DNA of 35,224 nucleotides, taken from positions 1 through 35,224 of the forward strand of contig JBGGMM010000234.1 in NCBI GenBank assembly GCA_041288045.1. Reading direction: 5' to 3'. Origin of the DNA: Pseudobdellovibrionaceae bacterium. GTDB taxonomy: Bacteria > Bdellovibrionota > Bdellovibrionia > Bdellovibrionales > Bdellovibrionaceae. This document shows, one piece after another, positions 25,024 through 33,070 of this stretch. Position numbers and translations under genes: made by a program. Under the pieces are notes generated by a model. The model was not told the DNA's origin, searched no databases, and was given only the letters and a program-made list of their open reading frames with translations. The stretch's first letter is position 1, and the number at the start of each line of letters is the position of its first letter.

Positions 25024-26955
25024 ATGCAGAAAACGAATGAATTCTTAATATGGCCAGGCTTTTTATCAATGGTGATCTCGCTTGTTGGCGGCACGATTGC
25101 CTGTGAAACCGCCTTTGCTCAGACAAGCACTCGAATGACTGTTCTGTCAGTGAGTGCCAGTAGCTATCAAGTCGGCAATTCGCCGCAGAACACTTTGGAT
25201 TTGAATTTGGGCACTCGTTGGTCGGCTGAGGGTGACGGGCAATCGATCACTTATGATCTTGGCAGTTTGAAAACAATCGGATTGGTGAAGGTCGCGACTT
25301 ATCTTGGCAACACGAGACGCACGATTTTCGATATTCAAGTCTCGGCCACAGGCTCAACCTATTCGACAGTTTTAAGTCGAGTTTCAAGCAGTGGGACAAC
25401 CACGGCGCTTGAGAATTTTTCCTTCTCGCCGGTTTCTGGTCGCTATGTTCGAATCATCGGTCATGGCAATAGCAGCAGTGCCTGGACAAGTCTGACCGAA
25501 GTTGAAATCCATCCAGCAGTGGCCCCAACATCTGAAGTGTTGAAAAAAGCTTTTCCTGTGTCGGTTCAGGCAAGTCAATCCCAAGTCGGAAATTTGCCTC
25601 CGGCCTCAACCGATGGAAATTTGAACACTCGCTGGTCTTCGGAGGGTGATGGTCAAACCATCACTTATGATCTTGGTGCTTCGCTACCGATTCGGGCTGT
25701 GAAATTGGCTTGGTATCAAGGCAATACAAGGAAGTCGACGTTTGACGTGCAAGTTTCTAGCAATGGCAGCTCTTACTCCACGGTCCTGAATCGAGTTTCG
25801 AGTAGTGGCAAAACGGCGGCACTGGAAAACTACTCACTGCCGCCAACTTCGGCTCGCTATGTGAGGATTGTTGGTTACGGAAATACGTTGAGCAACTGGA
25901 ACAGTCTGGCAGAAGCCGAAATTTATGTCAGTGGCGGAACTCCAATTCGCTATGATCGAACTTATATTCTGTCGCAGATGAAAAATGTGCTTCGCTACGA
26001 GTTGGCCAATATTCCAGCTTCGAATGTGAATCGACTCCAAGAACCCTTTTGGTTGGGTGGCGCTTTTTATACCGGCGTGATGGCGGCACATCAAAAAACT
26101 TCGGATGCAGAATATCTCAATGCTTCTGTTCAATTTGGAAATCTCAACTCTTGGTTGCCAGGGACTCGACCTCGTCATGCTGACGACCATGTGGCCTGCC
26201 AAACTTATCTCGATGTTTATTTTGTGAAAAAAGATGTGCGGATGTTTGAAGCTTGCAAAACCACCATGGACAATATGATCGCCACAGAAAGACAGGGGCG
26301 CTTGGATTGGTCTTGGTTGGACTCTCTTTTTATGGCTCCGCCTGTGTTGACCAAGTTGTACCGCGCCACTTCGGACCCCAAGTATTTGGGATTTCTCAAC
26401 CGCATGTTTTGGGATTCGGCCAATTTTTTCTATGATTCGACAAATTCTCTTTATTATCGGGATGCTCTCGCCATGACTGAAAGAACATCCAGTGGGCAAA
26501 AGGTTTTCTGGAGCCGCGGCAATGGTTGGATGATCGGCGGAGTGGTTCGAGTCCTTCAGGATTTGCCACTGAATGATCCCAAGCGTCCACAGTATGTGGC
26601 CGTTCTCAAAGCCATGGCATCGGCACTGGCTCAGCGGCAGGGGACCGATGGTCTGTGGCGATCCAGCTTAAATGATTCAGCTCAATTTCCGCAGCCAGAA
26701 ACCAGCGGCACAGGATTTTTCACTTATGCTCTCGCCTGGGGAATCAATCATGGGATTTTGGACCGAGCCACTTATCTTCCAGTGGTCAAAAAAGGCTGGG
26801 AAGGTTTAAATTGGGCCACGGGTTCAAATGGTAAAGTCGGCTGGTGCCAAGGTGTGGCCCGTGCTCCGGGTCCTGTGGCTGCCGGTGATGAACGTGCCTA
26901 TTGCGCTGGAACCTTTTTGCTCGCGGGCAGTGAAATGCTGGGTCTTGGACTTTAA
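25024..26955 (+). CDS. Secreted GH88/GH105 unsaturated uronyl hydrolase with two N-terminal F5/8 type C (CBM32) domains
   Basis: Two copies of D.NL.TRWS.EGDGQ.ITYDLG...RYVRI.G.GN; catalytic-domain motifs HADD, WSWLDSLFMAPP, FWSRGNGW, DGLW and ETSGTGFF. Confidence 0.88.
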   Translation: MQKTNEFLIWPGFLSMVISLVGGTIACETAFAQTSTRMTVLSVSASSYQVGNSPQNTLDLNLGTRWSAEGDGQSITYDLGSLKTIGLVKVATYLGNTRRTIFDIQVSATGSTYSTVLSRVSSSGTTTALENFSFSPVSGRYVRIIGHGNSSSAWTSLTEVEIHPAVAPTSEVLKKAFPVSVQASQSQVGNLPPASTDGNLNTRWSSEGDGQTITYDLGASLPIRAVKLAWYQGNTRKSTFDVQVSSNGSSYSTVLNRVSSSGKTAALENYSLPPTSARYVRIVGYGNTLSNWNSLAEAEIYVSGGTPIRYDRTYILSQMKNVLRYELANIPASNVNRLQEPFWLGGAFYTGVMAAHQKTSDAEYLNASVQFGNLNSWLPGTRPRHADDHVACQTYLDVYFVKKDVRMFEACKTTMDNMIATERQGRLDWSWLDSLFMAPPVLTKLYRATSDPKYLGFLNRMFWDSANFFYDSTNSLYYRDALAMTERTSSGQKVFWSRGNGWMIGGVVRVLQDLPLNDPKRPQYVAVLKAMASALAQRQGTDGLWRSSLNDSAQFPQPETSGTGFFTYALAWGINHGILDRATYLPVVKKGWEGLNWATGSNGKVGWCQGVARAPGPVAAGDERAYCAGTFLLAGSEMLGLGL

Positions 26956-26964
26956 TGAGAGATT

Positions 26965-26987
26965 GGATCTGGTGCATCACCAGATCC
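26965..26987 (+). terminator. Hairpin after the glycoside hydrolase
   Basis: GGATCTGGTG-CAT-CACCAGATCC, perfect 10-bp stem; weak U tract. Confidence 0.5.
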
Positions 26988-27048
26988 TCCTCTTGAATCC
27001 TCCAAATCCAAGGGCTACTTTGAGCCATTCACTTCAAAAAGGAAGAAA

Positions 27049-27471
27049 ATGGAATTTCGCATTCTTGAAAGCCGGGAAGAAGCTCAAAGAATTTTTCCAG
27101 TCATAAAACAATTGCGAACTCATCTGGATGAGAGCACTTTTTTGGATCTGCTTCAAAAAGCAAAGTCCGAAAGTGATTACACTCTGCTGGCTGCCTACGA
27201 GGGCTCGGAGTGTGTCGGCCTGATGGGCTTTCGTTTTCTCACGGATTTTGTGCATGGACGACATCTCTACATTGATGATCTGGTGACTTCGGAATCGCAT
27301 CGCTCAAAGGGCCTAGGCTCTCAATTTCTCCAAAAGGCAAAAGAGATCGCGGCTCAAAATGGATGTCAGCGACTGCGACTTTGTACTGGCGCCGACAACG
27401 ATCGCGGGAAAAAGTTCTATGAAAAAAACGGCTGGGATTTTCGCGCCATTGTCTATAAGGCGAAACTTTAA
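27049..27471 (+). CDS. GNAT family N-acetyltransferase
   Basis: LYIDDLVTSESHRSKGLG acetyl-CoA motif; KFYEKNGW. Confidence 0.9.
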   Translation: MEFRILESREEAQRIFPVIKQLRTHLDESTFLDLLQKAKSESDYTLLAAYEGSECVGLMGFRFLTDFVHGRHLYIDDLVTSESHRSKGLGSQFLQKAKEIAAQNGCQRLRLCTGADNDRGKKFYEKNGWDFRAIVYKAKL

Positions 27472-27528
27472 GAATCTAGTTCTATCCTACATTCGTTAGA
27501 CGAATGAGAAGCTGAGCAAAGACAATGT

Positions 27529-27840
27529 CTATGACGCTTTGACTTCGACTTTCATGGAAATGCCGGCCTGATCCAGCATCTCTTGCAAAGCCAGTCGCAC
27601 AAACTGTTCTTGCGAGTATCCGAGGATTTTCGCAAATTTTGCGGCTCTCTCGGGACTGACGACCTTTCTTTGTTTTTCGATATCACAAAGATGAGAGGGG
27701 GAGATCCCGAGCTTCTTCGCGAAAATCAACTGGGGGATTTCATCGGCCAATCGGATGGATTCGATCAAGCTACCGAGAGTTAAGGGGCCTCCGGAGATCT
27801 TTTCCAGGTATTGGCGAGCCTTACTTTTTTTAGTAGTCAT
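27529..27840 (-). CDS. higA: HigA-like XRE-HTH antitoxin
   Basis: FAKKLGISPSHLCDIEKQRKVVSPERAAKFAKILG HTH; start 27840 overlaps the toxin 3' end. Confidence 0.8.
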   Translation of the reverse strand: MTTKKSKARQYLEKISGGPLTLGSLIESIRLADEIPQLIFAKKLGISPSHLCDIEKQRKVVSPERAAKFAKILGYSQEQFVRLALQEMLDQAGISMKVEVKAS

Positions 27841-28111
27841 GTTTTGATACCTCTTCGATGGAGACAAATTCAATGTGCCCATTTCGTTTAATGATGTAAA
27901 TTGCGCGGTAGCTCCTGTTCAAGCGAATGGAGCGTTGTCCTTGACGTCGGCCGTGCAAGGGTTCGTCATGAAATCCTGGTACTTTTCGAACTTCCTCCAG
28001 TCCCACAGCCTCCACATCTTCGATCCATGCGCCGAGCTTAATCCGAACAAAGTGAGGGACCTTTAGCAGTTGTTTCCTTGCAACTCGAGAGAGAATAACG
28101 TTCCTAATCAT
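27830..28111 (-). CDS. higB: HigB/RelE-family mRNA interferase toxin
   Basis: GFHDEPLHGRRQGQRSIRLNRSYRAIY; toxin-first gene order. Confidence 0.85.
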   Translation of the reverse strand: MIRNVILSRVARKQLLKVPHFVRIKLGAWIEDVEAVGLEEVRKVPGFHDEPLHGRRQGQRSIRLNRSYRAIYIIKRNGHIEFVSIEEVSKHDY

Positions 28112-28116
28112 TTATA

Positions 28117-28169
28117 CACCTGATGGGTGAAGCTGTAAAGAATAAATTCACCTGGTAGGTGAATTTATT
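28117..28169. promoter_or_regulatory. Two CACC-N5-GGTG operator-like palindromes upstream of higBA
   Basis: CACCTGATGGGTG (28117-28129) and AATAAATTCACCT-GGT-AGGTGAATTTATT (28141-28169). Confidence 0.7.
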
Positions 28170-28416
28170 TTAATTTCAATGAAGAAATAATCTATCAAGA
28201 TCCGTGCTGAGTTCGGATGTCGGTTGGTTCGTTCTCAATTCACAGCATTCAGAATTCCGGACAGTGTGCTATCAGGCGAAAGTCTTGCGCCTTTACATCG
28301 CGACGATGTGAGATCTTCATCCGAAAGGCGGAAATTGAACATGCCGTAGAGTCAATAGACTTAAAATTTGGGTAGATCTTGAAATTGCTATCTTCTCCCA
28401 TAAAAAAGGAGTTCAG

Positions 28417-28734
28417 ATGAAAACATTTAGAACATTGGATTTAGCGACTCAATTTTACGAAGAAGTCGAAGGGCTTAAATTGAAAGGTCATCTTCGGGAT
28501 CAAATCCTGAGAGGTTCGTCGTCCATCGCCTTGAACTTGTCAGAAGGAAATGCGAAATTTTCCGTAGATGAGAAAAAGCGCTTTTACCAAATTGCCTATG
28601 CCTCGCTACAAGAGTGTCGGACGGTTCTAAAGTTGCTTAAGATTCGAGATCAGCCAATTAATAAGACTGCGGATCATTTAGGTGCGAGTTTATACAAGCT
28701 TATTGATTCAAAGTTAATCAGTGTGAGGAAGTAG
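28417..28734 (+). CDS. Four-helix-bundle protein (23S rRNA IVP / Avd-like family)
   Basis: LRDQILRGSSSIALNLSEG and RFYQIAYASLQE motifs; AAGGAG RBS. Confidence 0.88.
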   Translation: MKTFRTLDLATQFYEEVEGLKLKGHLRDQILRGSSSIALNLSEGNAKFSVDEKKRFYQIAYASLQECRTVLKLLKIRDQPINKTADHLGASLYKLIDSKLISVRK

Positions 28735-28740
28735 TTCATT

Positions 28741-28782
28741 CAGTATCCCGGATACTGTTAACGGTATCCTGGATACGGTACT
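28741..28782. repeat. Degenerate 7-bp tandem array that is also an imperfect palindrome
   Basis: CAGTATC CCGGATA CTGTTAA CGGTATC CTGGATA CGGTACT. Confidence 0.6.
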
Positions 28783-28786
28783 AGAT

Positions 28787-28862
28787 TGGTGGACCTGATC
28801 GGGATCGAACCGACGACCTCTTGCATGCCATGCAAGCGCGCTCCCAGCTGCGCCACAGGCCC
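28787..28862 (-). tRNA. tRNA-Ala (anticodon GGC)
   Basis: 76 nt; acceptor stem GGGCCTG/CAGGTCC with G3:U70; anticodon arm CTTGC-ATGGCAT-GCAAG; GGTTCGA T-loop; encoded CCA. Confidence 0.98.
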
Positions 28863-29015
28863 ACGTTCTGGAAATAAGCAAAAGAAGAACCTACAGAAAG
28901 AAATCACCACTGTCCAGGATTTGGCGCGATGGGTTGTGAATGGGTCTGCTCTACCTAAATCCAGGATCCTCTGCTTGAATGGGGCATTAGAAAATGACCT
29001 CATCAAGGAGAAGGC

Positions 29016-29504
29016 ATGCGATTTTTAGGTCTTTTTGTGTTTTTGGCTCTGAATTTAACTCTGAGTTTTGCACAGGCTCGAGATCTCACCAGCCGATTGG
29101 GCGTGGGATATCGAAACTCACTCGTCACCATGAGTCTCCCCAGTGTTGCTGCTTTTTACTATCCCTCACCTGATGTCGGAGTTTTGGGCTCCCTTGGCGT
29201 TGACACTGAAGACAACAATTCCAAATTTGCTTTCGCCGGCGGAGTCCGCCGAATCATCTTCAAAGAAGACAATATGAATTTCTTCGCAGCCGGGCAGGTC
29301 GCCATGGTCAATCAAGAAGTCGCTTCCGCCAAAGATTCCGGTTTCGAAATTGCAGCCACAGTAGGCGGCGAATTCTTTTTACAAGGCCTCGAGTCTTTGG
29401 GATTCAATTTTGAAACGGGCATGGGAATCACAACAGTCAAAAAAACAAGATTCCGCACCCTCGGTGATTCCTTCATCAACGCAGGGATGGTCTTCTACTT
29501 CTAA
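29016..29504 (+). CDS. Small outer-membrane beta-barrel protein
   Basis: Signal peptide ..SFAQA; alternating amphipathic strands; C-terminal aromatic motif AGMVFYF. Confidence 0.8.
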   Translation: MRFLGLFVFLALNLTLSFAQARDLTSRLGVGYRNSLVTMSLPSVAAFYYPSPDVGVLGSLGVDTEDNNSKFAFAGGVRRIIFKEDNMNFFAAGQVAMVNQEVASAKDSGFEIAATVGGEFFLQGLESLGFNFETGMGITTVKKTRFRTLGDSFINAGMVFYF

Positions 29505-29536
29505 TTTCCATTCTCTATTTTCCATTTTCTAATTTC
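29502..29536. repeat. Degenerate 7-bp tandem array (approx. YAWTTTC x5)
   Basis: TAATTTC CATTCTC TATTTTC CATTTTC TAATTTC. Confidence 0.7.
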
Positions 29537-29552
29537 TAGACAGGGGTGAATT

Positions 29553-29930
29553 ATGAAAAAAGTCATTCTCACAAACAGCGCTCCGGCGCCGATTGGGCCA
29601 TACTCGCAAGCCATCGACATTGGAAATTTGCTTTTTTGCTCAGGTCAGATCCCTTTGGATCCAGTGACCAATCAAGTGCTCACGGGTGATGTAAAAGCCC
29701 AAGCTGAGCTCGTGATGAAAAATGTGGAAGCGGTTTTGACAGCTTCAGGTGTCACTTTCAAGAATGTGGTTAAGACTACGATTTTTCTCACCAATATGAA
29801 TGATTTTGCGGCGGTGAACGAAGTTTATGGGCGCTACTTTCCAGAGCAACCTCCGGCTCGCTCCACAGTGGCCGTGGCGGGATTGCCAAAAGGTGTGAAT
29901 GTGGAAATCGAAGTCATCGCTGCCAAGTGA
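29553..29930 (+). CDS. ridA: RidA / YjgF family enamine deaminase
   Basis: APAPIGPYSQA, SGQIPLDP, VNEVY and PARSTVAVAGLPKGVNVEIE. Confidence 0.95.
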   Translation: MKKVILTNSAPAPIGPYSQAIDIGNLLFCSGQIPLDPVTNQVLTGDVKAQAELVMKNVEAVLTASGVTFKNVVKTTIFLTNMNDFAAVNEVYGRYFPEQPPARSTVAVAGLPKGVNVEIEVIAAK

Positions 29931-29937
29931 TGGGCTT

Positions 29938-30495
29938 GTGAAGAGGCGTCGGATCCTCACGCTTTCAGTCATTCTGGCTGTGATTTTCATCACGGCCTTT
30001 GTTCGTACTTATCATGAGGTCACAGCTCAGCCGGTGAATTCTTGGAGTGATGACATCAACGTTGATTGCGCCGTGGTTCTCACTGGCGGATCCAATCGAG
30101 TGCGGGAAGGTTTGGATCTTTTGGCTCGGGGTCAGGCCAAGAAGCTGATCATCTCTGGCGTTTACCGGGATGCTACTTTGCGAGAGATCTATCCGCTTTG
30201 GCCTTTCTATGGCGACATTCGTGAGCAGGATGTGGCTTTGGATCGCAAATCCACCACCACCTATGGAAACGCTCAGCAGTCGTTGCCGATCGTCGAGGCT
30301 TGGGGCTGTCGGGATGTGGCTTTGATCACTTCGCATTTGCATATGTACAGGGCCTATCGAACTTTTGAAGAGAGCTATCCCTCGCAGATCCAATTGGTCA
30401 AATACGCTGTCAAATCCGGGCGGAGTGAGGCCAATTTTTTTGAAATCTCGACCGAAGTCTTAAAGACCATGTTCTATGGTCTCTGGGCCTTCTAA
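29938..30495 (+). CDS. YdcF / DUF218 family protein
   Basis: N-terminal TM; VVLTGG..R, LIISG, STTTYGNA and LITSHLHMYRA. Start uncertain; GTG 29938 chosen. Confidence 0.85.
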   Translation: MKRRRILTLSVILAVIFITAFVRTYHEVTAQPVNSWSDDINVDCAVVLTGGSNRVREGLDLLARGQAKKLIISGVYRDATLREIYPLWPFYGDIREQDVALDRKSTTTYGNAQQSLPIVEAWGCRDVALITSHLHMYRAYRTFEESYPSQIQLVKYAVKSGRSEANFFEISTEVLKTMFYGLWAF

Positions 30496-30550
30496 GAACT
30501 AGTCCTTTCCAGAATCAATTTTTACTCTCTGTAAACCGATCAAATGGCTG

Positions 30551-31369
30551 ATGATTTGGGCTTCTATCGACCGCCTGGGGCGGACCATTACTGACAATTT
30601 TGATTACACTCTCAAAGTGTTTCTCATGGTTTATCTTTCCGTGCGAGCGACATTGCGTGATCAAGCGCAAGGCCTGCGCACGATCTTCTCGGTGATCTCA
30701 GCACAAATTTATTTCACAGGTTTTCAGGCGCTGCCCTTGATCAGTGTGCTGGCGCTGGCCAGTGGTGGCATCGTGATCTTGCAATCGTCGACCAATTTGA
30801 ATCTGTTTGGTGGAGCGCAGATGATCGGCAATCTTTTGGTGGTCATTATCGTTCGGGAGTTGGGGCCTTTGATGACCGCACTTGTGGTCATTGCTCGGTC
30901 GGGAACGGCTGTGGCTTCTGAAGTCGGCAATATGCGAGCCAACCGAGAGATCGAAGCTCTGGAAAGCATGGGCATCAACCCCTTGAGCTATATTGTCTTT
31001 CCACGATTGGTCGGCGGAGTCATCAGCGTTGTTTGTCTTGCTTTTTATTACATCGTCATCGCGCTCATTGGCGGATTCTTTTTGACCAAGCTCATTCAGG
31101 ATCTGCCACTGAGTTTTTATTTGGATTCTTTGGCGAATGCGGTGGCCTTTGAAGACCTGTGGCTGTTTCTTCTGAAGAACACTTTTAGCGGCATGATTAT
31201 TTTTGTCGTGTCTTGCCATCAGGGGCTCTCGGTGAAGCGCAGTCCGACCGAAGTTCCCATTGCCACCACTCAAGCTGTTGTGAATTCGATTATCTACGTC
31301 GTTGTTTTTAATATGGCGGTCACCTCTCTTTTCTACCTCAGTCAGCTCATCAAGTTGGGAGTGCTATGA
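30551..31369 (+). CDS. mlaE: MlaE-family ABC permease
   Basis: RELGPLMTALVVIARSGTAVASEVGNM...EIEALESMGINP..Y...PR; ATTQAVV. Confidence 0.92.
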   Translation: MIWASIDRLGRTITDNFDYTLKVFLMVYLSVRATLRDQAQGLRTIFSVISAQIYFTGFQALPLISVLALASGGIVILQSSTNLNLFGGAQMIGNLLVVIIVRELGPLMTALVVIARSGTAVASEVGNMRANREIEALESMGINPLSYIVFPRLVGGVISVVCLAFYYIVIALIGGFFLTKLIQDLPLSFYLDSLANAVAFEDLWLFLLKNTFSGMIIFVVSCHQGLSVKRSPTEVPIATTQAVVNSIIYVVVFNMAVTSLFYLSQLIKLGVL

Positions 31370-32076
31370 AAATCCAAAGTTTGAAATTTGAAAATTTGCA
31401 ATTTGGTTTTGAAGGTCAGGATCCTCTTTTTGAGCAAGTGGACTTTAGTTTTCCAATGAATGACATCGTCTGGGTGAAGGCTTCATCTGGTGCCGGCAGA
31501 TCTTCGCTTTTGCAATTGCTGGCGGGACTTCTCAATCCGCTCAAGGGCAATTACCTGATCAATGATCAAAATGTGGCGGAGATGTCTTTCGAAGAGTTTC
31601 TGCCTTACCGGCTTGCCATTGGCTATGGCTTTGATTTTGGTGGGGTGATTCACAATCGCACTTTGCTTGAAAATGTTTCTTTGCCGCTTGCGTATCATAA
31701 AATCTGTTCTCCCGAAGAAGCGCAGGAAAGAGCTGAGCACTACTTTGAAATTCTGGGGGCTTCGAAAGTGAAGGACAAAAGGCCTTCGCTGGTTCCGGGC
31801 GGAATGCGAAAGCTCACTTGTCTGATTCGAGCTTTGATCATGGAGCCGCAGGTTTTGCTTTTGGATGATCCCTCCGTCGGGATTGGGCAAGAGACCAGCT
31901 TGAAATATTTTGATTGCATTCAAGAGCTTCGCAAAGCTGGCAAAGCTCAGCATGTGTTTGTCAGTTCCTTTGATGAGCAATTGATGAATTGTCTTCCGCA
32001 TCGCGAGATCTTTTTGGACTGCGGTCAGATTTATCTGGATGTCATCGATGGGGATAAGAAGGTTGTCAGTCTATGA
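31366..32076 (+). CDS. MlaF-like ABC ATPase with degenerate catalytic motifs
   Basis: ABC fold order preserved (ASSGAGRSS, TLLENVSLPL, VPGGM, LLLDDP); lies between mlaE and the MCE gene with ATGA overlaps. Confidence 0.85.
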   Translation: MKIQSLKFENLQFGFEGQDPLFEQVDFSFPMNDIVWVKASSGAGRSSLLQLLAGLLNPLKGNYLINDQNVAEMSFEEFLPYRLAIGYGFDFGGVIHNRTLLENVSLPLAYHKICSPEEAQERAEHYFEILGASKVKDKRPSLVPGGMRKLTCLIRALIMEPQVLLLDDPSVGIGQETSLKYFDCIQELRKAGKAQHVFVSSFDEQLMNCLPHREIFLDCGQIYLDVIDGDKKVVSL

Positions 32077-33053
32077 AGCAGATCAAATTTAATAAATTTG
32101 AAAGAATCGCAGGTCTTTTCGTCGGCGGGGCGATCCTGGGATTTTTCGTTTTTCTTTTCGGAGTGGCCGCCAAGCAAGGATGGTTTGACAGCAAAGTGTA
32201 CTGGCAGACGTCGTTTATCAATGGGGATGGAGTGCATCCGGGAACTTCAGTGCAGATCCAAGGTTTGAAGGCCGGCAGCGTAGAAGAGGTCGAGCTGACG
32301 GCTGACAATAAAATCCATGTGAAATTTTACGTTCTTAGTAAATTTGAATCCAAAGTTCGAAAAGATTCCATGGCTCAATTGATTCGTCCCTTCGTCATCG
32401 GCGAGCGGGTTTTGGATATTTCTGCGGGGAGCACCGACACGCAACCTTTGCCTGAAATGGCTTTTTTGCCTTCGCATGAAACTGTGGACTTGATGACTTT
32501 GATGAGCGGCAAGCATTTGGGCGAGTACCTGCAGGCCATGAGTGGCACGATGGAAAATTTGAAATACTTGGCAGAAGCTTTTTTGGATAAAAATCGCACC
32601 AAAGCTTTTGTCGATGCCTTTGATCGCATCGATCCGCTTCTAAAGAATATGAACTTGATGGCTGGCGAAGTGGTGAAAATGTCGAAAGTGGCCATGAAGG
32701 ATGACAATTTGGGTGTGATTGTGCGTGAACTTGCAGTGACGACGAAAGAGCTCAACAACATTCTCCCGGCGCTGAACCGCGAAGCTCCGCAAATGGCCAA
32801 AGACCTTTCAAAAATGGTCAGCAATGTCGCAGCTTTGACCGAGCAATTCAAAGTCGTCATTCCAGCCCTCGCCGAAGTGGCTCCAGATCTGCCACAGACC
32901 AGCCGCCGAGCGGTGGAAGCTTTGGATGAAGCTGTAATCTTGATTAAAGCTATGCAGAAATCCATGTTTGTTCGCGGCAATGCCGAGGAAGTCCGCGAAG
33001 AAGAAGCGGCTGCTGCCAAAGCGAAAAAACGCATGCCTGCCAGTGAAAAATAA
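32073..33053 (+). CDS. mlaD: MlaD/MCE-domain protein with a long helical C-terminus
   Basis: N-terminal TM; DGVHPGTSVQIQGLKAGSVEEV and IGERVLDISAG MCE motifs. Confidence 0.88.
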   Translation: MKQIKFNKFERIAGLFVGGAILGFFVFLFGVAAKQGWFDSKVYWQTSFINGDGVHPGTSVQIQGLKAGSVEEVELTADNKIHVKFYVLSKFESKVRKDSMAQLIRPFVIGERVLDISAGSTDTQPLPEMAFLPSHETVDLMTLMSGKHLGEYLQAMSGTMENLKYLAEAFLDKNRTKAFVDAFDRIDPLLKNMNLMAGEVVKMSKVAMKDDNLGVIVRELAVTTKELNNILPALNREAPQMAKDLSKMVSNVAALTEQFKVVIPALAEVAPDLPQTSRRAVEALDEAVILIKAMQKSMFVRGNAEEVREEEAAAAKAKKRMPASEK

Positions 33054-33070
33054 CCTATCCTCCCAAGGAT

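Noticed and set aside
25135..25930. CBM32 duplication as a DGR template/variable repeat pair
   Set aside because: Differences are mostly synonymous and involve all bases; an ordinary in-frame domain duplication.
28200..28345. c-di-GMP or other riboswitch suggested by GAAA-containing hairpins
   Set aside because: The conserved GEMM pattern is not recognisable by eye; unsupported without an Rfam scan.
28417..28734. Diversity-generating retroelement (Avd-like gene)
   Set aside because: No reverse transcriptase and no TR/VR pair differing at adenines seen in the window.
28758..29028. ORFs overlapping the tRNA
   Set aside because: The region is a canonical tRNA-Ala and its promoter/leader.
30515..30542. 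Sigma-28-like promoter TCAA-N16-ACCGATCA upstream of mlaE
   Set aside because: Only a partial match to TAAA-N15-GCCGATAA; cannot be separated from chance without TSS data.
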